From the NCBI GenBank assembly GCA_964608025.1, contig CAZSLO010000012.1, forward strand, positions 6,347 through 70,346: a DNA stretch of 64,000 nt, given 5' to 3'. The stretch is from an uncultured Dehalococcoidia bacterium (GTDB taxonomy: Bacteria > Chloroflexota > Dehalococcoidia > Lucifugimonadales > CAJWER01). The notes beneath the pieces are model-generated. The model was given only the letters and a program-made list of their open reading frames with translations. It searched no databases and had not been told where the DNA came from. A program made the translations under genes and the position numbers. Of this stretch, positions 57,550-64,000 are shown in pieces; positions within the stretch are counted from its first letter, which is position 1, and each line of letters begins with the position of its first letter.

Positions 57550-58152
57550 TCAGTCGCCTTTGATTTTTTTTATTCCTATGATTGCTAGAATAAGCATTCC
57601 CAGCCCGAAACCGCCCATAAAGAACACCCACCACACGAAGTTGGCTACGGCTCCAGCAAGACCCGCAATAGCGAGGAGTACGTTCAAAGCAGGCATTCCT
57701 ACTTTTTGTCTGTAGGCACTCAAGCCTATGAGAACGAAGCTAAGTGTAATTAGCAGGCCTGAGAACCATCCAGCCATGTTGCCTAGTTCTACTAGCCCTA
57801 GAGCTGCTGTTTTATTATCTGATGCTGTCTCATATCCTGCTACGTGGGAGATAAATGAAACCCAAAGTAGGAATATACTCAGCAATGCAAAGGTTGAGCC
57901 TATGGCTATTGCACTACTTGATTTATTGATACTGCGGGCCCAGGATATGAATCCCGTCATAAATATAAGGTTTGAGAAAAGAGCAAGCATCCTTACCATC
58001 CCTACATTCTCCCAGTCTTTGCTCTCTGCAGCCCACGCTACAACTCCAGTGGTTCCTTCTTGGTTTCCTTGCATGAGAAAGCTAAGAAACATAACGGCGA
58101 ATCCAACAAGGCCCATTATGAGCATACAGCCCATCGCTTTTGAGCTAATCAT
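57550..58152 (-). CDS. integral membrane protein (about 6 TM), function unknown
   Basis: 200 aa, strongly hydrophobic with regularly spaced helices. No motif I recognise. Confidence 0.65.
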   Translation of the reverse strand: MISSKAMGCMLIMGLVGFAVMFLSFLMQGNQEGTTGVVAWAAESKDWENVGMVRMLALFSNLIFMTGFISWARSINKSSSAIAIGSTFALLSIFLLWVSFISHVAGYETASDNKTAALGLVELGNMAGWFSGLLITLSFVLIGLSAYRQKVGMPALNVLLAIAGLAGAVANFVWWVFFMGGFGLGMLILAIIGIKKIKGD

Positions 58153-58349
58153 TGACTTCTCCTAGATATAGTATTTGGAGTATTCGAACTCCTGCGGCAA
58201 GGTAAAACTAAGTGTTCCATATTCTGTTGTCAATTGAATTCCACAACATGATTATGTATGAACTAAAATGCGGTTCGGCATACTGAATCAGCAAAACAGG
58301 ACATATTCTCGAATAAATTAAACCCTTGCCACTTACAGGAGGATCCTAT

Positions 58350-59351
58350 ATGACAGAAACAGCTAAAGCTCGAAAAATCTATGAAGATTCTATAGTTATT
58401 GATGGTCTGAATGTCAGCTTGTGGAGTAGTCCGAATGTGTACAAGAGTCTTAGTGCCGGGGGAGTGACCGCAATTAATGCCACTATGGCTATCTGGGAAG
58501 GTTTCCAGGAGACAATAGATATGTTGAGTGGTTGGTCTAATCGTTTTAAAGAACATAACAAAACACTATCTCAGGGAAGATTCGCCGAAGATATTTTGCA
58601 GGCGAAGAATGATCAAAAGACAGCCGTTTTCTTAGGGTGGCAGAATGCCTCACCCATAGAGAATGATCTAGATCGGCTGAAGATTTTCTACGATCTAGGA
58701 ATCAGGGTCATCCAGATCACATATAACGAGCGTAACTTGCTGGGAAATGGATGTTATGAGCGCGTGGATGATGGACTTAGCAATTTCGGAGTGGATGCTA
58801 TAAAAATCATGAACGAATTGGGGATTCTCATAGATCTGTCACATGTTGGAGACAGGACAACACTTGAGACTATAGAAGTTTCCGACAAACCGGTAGCTTT
58901 CACTCATTGCAACGCTCGTTCATTTGTTGACCATGTTAGGAACAAACCGGATGAAGCATTGGAAGCCTTGGTTGAAAAAGGAGGAGTAGTGGGTGCCAAT
59001 GCTTGGCCCTCATTCCTCAGTAAGGGTTATGCGTCCACATTGGATGACTACGTCAATGCAATAGACGATCTAGTGCATAGAGTAGGAATAGACCACGTTG
59101 GTATAGGTACAGATTTTTGCCAGGATCAACCGTACTCTTTTTTCCAGTACCTTTTTGCTCAGCAAGGTAAGAAGATTAGGCCCATACCTCTTCCTATACC
59201 TGATCCTCATTATCATCCATATGGGTTTTCAGGGCCGGATGAAATGCCAGGACTGGCTCAATCACTAGTGGGAAGAGGGTATTCTGAAGGTGATATCTCC
59301 AAGGTGCTAGGTGGAAATTTCCTAAGATTATTTAGAGAAGTTATGGGTTAG
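58350..59351 (+). CDS. membrane dipeptidase (peptidase M19, renal-dipeptidase family)
   Basis: From MTETAKARKIYEDSIVIDGLN..., VIQITYNERN, DLSHVG, HVGIGTDF. AGGAGG at 58339-58344. Confidence 0.85.
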   Translation: MTETAKARKIYEDSIVIDGLNVSLWSSPNVYKSLSAGGVTAINATMAIWEGFQETIDMLSGWSNRFKEHNKTLSQGRFAEDILQAKNDQKTAVFLGWQNASPIENDLDRLKIFYDLGIRVIQITYNERNLLGNGCYERVDDGLSNFGVDAIKIMNELGILIDLSHVGDRTTLETIEVSDKPVAFTHCNARSFVDHVRNKPDEALEALVEKGGVVGANAWPSFLSKGYASTLDDYVNAIDDLVHRVGIDHVGIGTDFCQDQPYSFFQYLFAQQGKKIRPIPLPIPDPHYHPYGFSGPDEMPGLAQSLVGRGYSEGDISKVLGGNFLRLFREVMG

Positions 59352-59556
59352 TTTATCCGGCATGGAACAGGGTATTGCCCCGATAATTTTGAAGTTATTC
59401 GTAATTCCTTGACTATGGCAATCTGATAATAAAAAAACAATAAAGTTTCTGTAACTGTGAGGAGTGTTGCCACATAAATAAGTGGATTATCGTTGCAGTA
59501 GGTGGTAGGAAGGTGGCTTTCATTTCCGATTTAACTAATCTGGCAAACTCCAATCT

Positions 59557-61047
59557 TCAGCAGTATCGTATCTGGATATCTAACCGAATCAGTGTGAGCG
59601 GCTCCGTGATTCCCGGACATCGCCTGATGAGCTTGATTTCCAAATCGTTGCGCCCTATTTTCGGCAAAGGGCCTTGTGTAAGATCTAATTCTATTGTTTT
59701 AAAGGTAAAAGTTTCGCTGTCGAATGGTTTTTCAGCTTCGTGAACTGGAAGCGGATCCCCGTTGAGCGCTATCTCGAATAAGTCCTCCTCGACCAAAAGA
59801 TCGTTGAAATCAAGTCGAAGCTTGACCTCCTCTAACGACATCTCATTTGAGGCCAATTCCGAATCATCTCCCAAGATGAACGTAATCTTGTGTTCCCCTG
59901 TCAATGGCAAGGGAAGCTGGTAGCCAGCGTCGGCATCCACAGATGTCATGATGAATCGCTTATCTTTGCGGTGGATTAGTTCTGGATCCCCGATCTCCTG
60001 TAGAATCTCGCGATCTTCCCGGGTATGGGGATGGGGGCGGTGATTGAAGTAGTTATACAGATAGATTCCATCGGCCCCGAGCCTCCAGTAGCTTGATGCG
60101 GCTCCTCGGAAACTCTCTATCGGCTTTCCATCCTCAGGCTTAGGCCAATTCTCGAGACAGGCGTATACCCTGGTTGCCGTGCCATCCGCTGCCCTCAGGT
60201 ACTCCTCGATCGGTACATCAGACAGAAATCTGATGTAGTGCTTTGGTACGATATAGTCTAGTAGATCTTCTTCTATCCAAGTTAATACATCCAGCCCCAT
60301 TTGTCGTCCGGCCTCAGGTACAGCTGGGACAAGAGCGCCCAATTGCAGCTTTCGTCCTTTTGCCTTGCCAATCGTGTCTAGCCGGTCGCGCGCACTCCTT
60401 ACGACTTCCGTCATGACATCAAGATTGTCCAGCACTTCGCCGGGCTTGAAGAAATGTGGATGTCTCAGGAAATCAAGCTCGAATCCATCCGCATCACATC
60501 TCTCAAATGTCCGATCTATCGTATCAAGGAAGAGCTTTTGGATTAGAGGATGGCTATAGTCATAAAGGACTAACGGCCAATCCGAAGTACCACGTAACAC
60601 CCTACTCGAATCCACCCCTGGGTCAATACGACACTCTGGATGATTCCTCCAAAATTCTGATCCTTGACCGGGAGATTCTGGTCCTTCAAACGAATATGCA
60701 AAATGTGCATCATTCATCCTCAAGCTGGCAATAGCTTCTAAGCCTCGGCTACGGGCCCTATTTATCAGTTCAGTGTCAGGATAAATTCCCAAGCTCTCAA
60801 GGTGAAGCCAGTTGTGATAGCTGCGCCAGAAATATCCTCGATTCCCCTCTACAGGTCTTTGGATTTCACCTCCTTCTTCTCGATGGGTTATTTCACCGAC
60901 ACACAACACGTAGGTGTCTACTTGGGTACCCAAGAGATGGTCCACGCAGTCATAGTATTGACCTATGGTCATTGGATATGGGTGCGGCGAATATATGATC
61001 GTACCTCCATCGTCGTTGTAAACGATCCTCCTGCGCTTTGTTTCCAA
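59557..61047 (-). CDS. uncharacterised protein, probably a TIM-barrel glycoside-hydrolase-like domain plus a C-terminal beta-rich domain
   Basis: 496 aa. RIVYNDDGG, LRMNDAHF and DGFELDFLRHPHFF resemble GHL-type (hypothetical glycosyl hydrolase) barrels. The functional call is tentative. Confidence 0.45.
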   Translation of the reverse strand: METKRRRIVYNDDGGTIIYSPHPYPMTIGQYYDCVDHLLGTQVDTYVLCVGEITHREEGGEIQRPVEGNRGYFWRSYHNWLHLESLGIYPDTELINRARSRGLEAIASLRMNDAHFAYSFEGPESPGQGSEFWRNHPECRIDPGVDSSRVLRGTSDWPLVLYDYSHPLIQKLFLDTIDRTFERCDADGFELDFLRHPHFFKPGEVLDNLDVMTEVVRSARDRLDTIGKAKGRKLQLGALVPAVPEAGRQMGLDVLTWIEEDLLDYIVPKHYIRFLSDVPIEEYLRAADGTATRVYACLENWPKPEDGKPIESFRGAASSYWRLGADGIYLYNYFNHRPHPHTREDREILQEIGDPELIHRKDKRFIMTSVDADAGYQLPLPLTGEHKITFILGDDSELASNEMSLEEVKLRLDFNDLLVEEDLFEIALNGDPLPVHEAEKPFDSETFTFKTIELDLTQGPLPKIGRNDLEIKLIRRCPGITEPLTLIRLDIQIRYC

Positions 61048-61161
61048 TTCGTACTCTCCCTATACCCAGTTTTTGGTGTCTGTATTATTTGCTATTAAAT
61101 ATAATTGTCTATGTTATATTAAGTTCAATATACAAATCTGATCAAAAATATTCCTGTAGAT

Positions 61162-62181
61162 ATGCAAGTTGCGTCACATATAGGGAAACGGATCCTACTG
61201 GGTATTTTCACCATATGGGTCATTTCCATTCTCTCGTTCATAATACTTTCTCTTCCCGAAGACCAAGCGATCATGAAATTTTTAGAAGGAGATATGGAAG
61301 AGATAGGAGGCATGTCGGCATATGAACGGATAAAGGAATATCTTGGTGCCGACAAACCAATTTACGTCCGATATGTCAAGTGGATCTGGCCGATGATCAG
61401 TAAGGGAGAACTTGGAATCTCCTTCGAGGTTTACAATTACTACCACGAGCGGCCTGTCAAGGAGATGGTCGGCGATAGGATTTGGACTACTATAGTGCTG
61501 GTTGGATTCACCGCATTAATAACGTGGACGTTCGCGATCCCTGTAGGGATCTACTCTGCCGTCCGCCAGCATTCCGTAGGGGACTACGTATTTACATTCA
61601 TCGGGTTTAGTGGCCTGGCAGTACCCGATTTCCTCCTGGGGCTAGTATTGATGTACGTGGCACTCGCGTATCTTGGCCAGAGTGTTGGGGGTCTATATTC
61701 GCAGGAGTATGCTGACGTTTCCTGGTTCCAGGGAGGCTTCAACTTTGCTAAGTTTCGTGACCTCATCGACCATCTCTGGATCCCAGCTGTGGTACTGGGC
61801 ACCTCGGGTACGGCTAGTCTCATCAGGATCATGCGGAATAACCTACTTGATGAACTCAATAAACCATATGTTGTTACAGCTCGTGCGAAGGGACTTAAAT
61901 CGTGGAAGGTTGTCTTAAAATATCCAGTGAGGGTAGCGTTTAACCCGTTGATAAGTACGGTAGGTTACCTGTTACCTACCCTTGTAAGCGGAAGCCTTAT
62001 TGTATCGACAGTTATGAGCCTACCAACCCTAGGTCCGGTTCTCCTTCGTGCAATCGAGCGAGTTGATATGCACCTCGCCGCCTTCCTGATACTTATGTAC
62101 GGGGTCTTGACTGTTATAGGCACCCTGTTATCCGATATTCTACTGTCAATCGCCGACCCCAGGATAAAGATGGAGAGCTAA
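61162..62181 (+). CDS. ABC transporter permease (DppB/OppB-type, binding-protein-dependent family)
   Basis: 339 aa, six TM. EAA-loop region NLLDELNKPYVVTARAKGL. No partner permease, ATPase or binding protein is adjacent. Confidence 0.85.
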   Translation: MQVASHIGKRILLGIFTIWVISILSFIILSLPEDQAIMKFLEGDMEEIGGMSAYERIKEYLGADKPIYVRYVKWIWPMISKGELGISFEVYNYYHERPVKEMVGDRIWTTIVLVGFTALITWTFAIPVGIYSAVRQHSVGDYVFTFIGFSGLAVPDFLLGLVLMYVALAYLGQSVGGLYSQEYADVSWFQGGFNFAKFRDLIDHLWIPAVVLGTSGTASLIRIMRNNLLDELNKPYVVTARAKGLKSWKVVLKYPVRVAFNPLISTVGYLLPTLVSGSLIVSTVMSLPTLGPVLLRAIERVDMHLAAFLILMYGVLTVIGTLLSDILLSIADPRIKMES

Positions 62182-62274
62182 CCCTCAACAAGGCCGCCTA
62201 TATCCCCAGGGGGTTGGGCTTGCCCGGTGTGAGATTTTGATGTCGTAGGAGTAGCCGCTAAATCAATCTTCGGG

Positions 62275-62589
62275 TTACCCTTTTACAACTGGCTTCATTG
62301 CAAGAATGTGCTCCGGCCCAGTAGCACAGCAACTTCCTATAATCTGCGCTCCCATCTATCTCCATTCCATCGCTGTGGGAGTAGTCCAAAAATTGTTACT
62401 AGTAATGATATCTGCGCCAACTCTAAGGTAATCTTGATGCACTTGTTGGACTACATCAGGGTTATTTATGTTAGCGGTAGTTGACCACGCTTCTAATTTA
62501 TCTGTGGCATCTTTTAATACATTCACGCCCCTGCGTTGAAGTTCCGAACCGGTACTTCCATCCAGTGACAGTATTTCCCCATCAATCAA
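62275..62589 (-). pseudogene. homocysteine S-methyltransferase-domain gene remnant with a large internal deletion
   Basis: The 77-aa N-terminal piece (LDGSTGSELQRRG...VHQDYLRVGADIITSNNF) ends at an in-frame TAG (62356-62358). It is followed directly by MGAQIIGSCCATGPEHILAMKPVVKG-stop (62355-62275), which looks like the family's extreme C-terminus. About 200 central residues are missing. Confidence 0.65.
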
Positions 62590-62649
62590 GCGATCAGTGA
62601 TTTTTTGGAAGGCATAGACTACCCCCTGAAAATAAACTTACTAAATTCA

Positions 62650-63048
62650 CTATGTGGCGGTACTTTTCCTGATTTGGGCCCAGATTGCAAATGGTGAGCT
62701 CCAAACCAAGCCGCCAATGAATCCGAGTGCAGTAATTCCGATTGCGATATTGAAACTCGAATCTGGTGCCCCGAAAAGGGGCCCTAATACAGGAATTATC
62801 AGCGTCAAGTATGTAACTATAAATAAGTGCCAAGATTTTGAATTAGTAGCTTTTGAGACTAGGATGGAAACTATAGCCGGGACGATCAAAACTAATACGA
62901 ATTCCTCTAGGGCCAAGTTGCCGTCAATTGATAAGGCTAGGGTTGCCAAGAATACTAGTAGGCCTGTACTTGATCCTGCTATACCACCTACGATCCAGAT
63001 CTTGAGTGCCTTCATTGCGGGAATACCTCTATTAGCTGGAACCACCAT
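62650..63048 (-). CDS. small integral membrane protein (about 4 TM), function unknown
   Basis: 132 aa, hydrophobic helices. The start may be the internal ATG (MKALKIW...). The mirror ORF on the plus strand is not protein-like. Confidence 0.55.
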   Translation of the reverse strand: MVVPANRGIPAMKALKIWIVGGIAGSSTGLLVFLATLALSIDGNLALEEFVLVLIVPAIVSILVSKATNSKSWHLFIVTYLTLIIPVLGPLFGAPDSSFNIAIGITALGFIGGLVWSSPFAIWAQIRKSTAT

Positions 63049-63135
63049 TAATTAGTTTTTGGAAGGGAGTATACGTGAGTATGAATGCGTGGATGGGAAA
63101 AGGATGTGCCACGGCCGTGTTTTTGAAAAACTTCG

Positions 63136-63173
63136 CAGGTCTTCAAGAAATATACAGGTCTTTAAGAAATATA
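63136..63173 (+). repeat. tandem 19-bp direct repeat (two copies, one mismatch)
   Basis: CAGGTCTTCAAGAAATATA (63136-63154) followed immediately by CAGGTCTTTAAGAAATATA (63155-63173), 20 nt upstream of the tRNA-Ile -35 box. Confidence 0.8.
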
Positions 63174-63192
63174 AGAGACGCGTCTCCGTTCC

Positions 63193-63222
63193 TTGACACT
63201 TAAGCGCGGCCCTACCTATACT
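63193..63222 (+). promoter_or_regulatory. sigma70-type promoter for tRNA-Ile
   Basis: TTGACA (63193-63198), 18-nt spacer, TATACT (63217-63222), 27 nt upstream of the mature tRNA 5' end. Confidence 0.55.
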
Positions 63223-63248
63223 CGATATGTGTACGAAGCAGTAGCTTT

Positions 63249-63325
63249 GGGCCAGTAGCTCAGCTGGTTAGAGCGCAGTCCTGATAAGACTGAGGTCCCT
63301 GGTTCGAGTCCAGGCTGGCCCACCA
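63249..63325 (+). tRNA. tRNA-Ile (anticodon GAU), CCA encoded, not in an rRNA operon
   Basis: Hand-folded cloverleaf. Acceptor GGGCCAG/CTGGCCC, D stem GCTC/GAGC, anticodon stem CAGTC/GACTG with loop CTGATAA, T stem CCTGG/CCAGG with loop TTCGAGT. 77 nt. Confidence 0.93.
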
Positions 63326-63403
63326 CCGGATTTATTTTGAATAAATCTGATCCTCGTTCATCGGTAAAGTGAGAAACATGAGGATGATATGCGAGTAGAT
63401 TTA

Positions 63404-64000
63404 ATGAAACCCACCAAGAATATTGGATATTATCCGATAGTAATATTTTGTACATTAGCTACGATTACATTGTTTGGTTGTAGTAGTACAGATGATCCAG
63501 GGACAACATCAGAATCTCCAGCCCAGGTTGTTTCGGATAAGTCCGCCGTTTCTGCTGCACCGACTGCAGCTCCTAAAGTTGCACCCACCGCAGCTCCAAC
63601 AGAGGTGCCTAAAGCTACCAAAGTTGCTGTTGTACCTACTTCCACGGCCACTAAGCCTGTAGCAAAGGCCAAGGCAGATCCGACCGCTACACCGATACCT
63701 GAGCCTACACCGGAGCCGGCAAAAGAATCGGGTATTGATGATGCCGCAGCAGCAGGAGCGGCTGCAGCTGCATCAGTTTTCCCATTTGACAGATTTACCG
63801 GTTTTGATACTTGCCCATCCGGGTCTTCAAAGGACGATCAGAAGGCAGTCCTGGCCAGGATGGCCAATAAATTCTTTGCAGGTACCACTACTTATGATGA
63901 GGAAATGCCTAGGATCACCCACCTTGGCGGCACGCCACTTGTGCCTAACGCTAGGGATGACCGTAGGAGTGGAGGTATCTGGTTGATCGTCGAATTTAAC
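63404..64000 (+). CDS. putative lipoprotein with an Ala/Pro/Thr-rich linker (partial; continues past the window end)
   Basis: Not in the ORF track because it has no stop. The ATG at 63404 gives MKPTKNIGYYPIVIFCTLATITLFGCSS (signal plus lipobox-like LFGC), then a linker (AAPTAAPKVAPTAAPTEVPK...PEPTPEP), then a globular part. In frame to nt 64000. Confidence 0.6.
   Translation, partial: MKPTKNIGYYPIVIFCTLATITLFGCSSTDDPGTTSESPAQVVSDKSAVSAAPTAAPKVAPTAAPTEVPKATKVAVVPTSTATKPVAKAKADPTATPIPEPTPEPAKESGIDDAAAAGAAAAASVFPFDRFTGFDTCPSGSSKDDQKAVLARMANKFFAGTTTYDEEMPRITHLGGTPLVPNARDDRRSGGIWLIVEFN

Noticed and set aside
62654-63055. 133-aa plus-strand ORF almost exactly mirroring the 132-aa minus-strand ORF.
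   Set aside because: The minus-strand product has regular TM helices. The plus-strand product is polar low-complexity with no start context. This mirror pattern is typical opposite hydrophobic genes.
63329-63347. AT-rich 8-bp hairpin GATTTATT-TTG-AATAAATC after tRNA-Ile, considered as a terminator.
   Set aside because: Three-nt loop, all-AT stem except one pair, and no following T run.

Overview
The window looks like bacterial chromosome, mostly core genes, tightly packed with many ATGA/GTGA/TAATG start-stop overlaps. By synteny and gene content it is probably an aerobic Terrabacteria or Chloroflexota-like organism. That inference rests on a Bacillus-type ctaA-ctaB-ctaCDEF-ctaG-SCO oxidase locus, a large SRP RNA, a DinG with an N-terminal exonuclease, and F420 cofE. 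It is low confidence because no search was possible.

Content from left to right:
- 1-6.1 kb: the 3' part of the ribosomal/RNAP cluster, adk(end)-map-infA-rpmJ-rpsM-rpsK-rpsD-rpoA-rplQ-truA-rplM-rpsI.
- 6-14 kb: a CBS-less IMPDH-family gene, a dinG(exo-helicase)-ogg repair pair, and an rsmA-AAC(3)-ispE-membrane operon.
- 14.2-14.5 kb: an SRP RNA that the ORF track cannot show, with its own promoter.
- 14.6-25.7 kb: folB/citE-like, cofE, two small zinc-ribbon proteins, cyclophilin-like/tenA, glpK, a TPR protein, coaBC/coaX and an FAH-family gene.
- 25.8-29.2 kb: a CocE/NonD-GNAT-oxidoreductase operon.
- 29.4-44.7 kb: recG, a C45 peptidase, plsY, a ThDP enzyme, dinB, heterotetrameric sarcosine oxidase soxBDAG, and leuB-rnhA-purN.
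- 44.8-49.1 kb: a four-gene oxidoreductase/aminotransferase/isochorismatase-like/CE4-deacetylase operon.
- 49.2-56.9 kb: the complete caa3 cytochrome oxidase and assembly locus.
- 57.2-63.3 kb: a segment bounded by tRNA-Lys(CUU) and tRNA-Ile(GAU) that holds gene remnants and an orphan ABC permease.
- 63.4 kb to the window end: a partial lipoprotein.

I found no CRISPR array, transposase, integrase, phage module or recognisable defence gene, and I cannot point to a convincing new multi-gene system. The best second-look candidates are the 44.8-49.1 kb operon, the ORF-poor 16.8-18.0 kb stretch with the two zinc-ribbon proteins, and the decaying tRNA-bounded segment.

All functional calls come from reading motifs in the supplied translations and the raw sequence. 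No database search or RNA folding was run.
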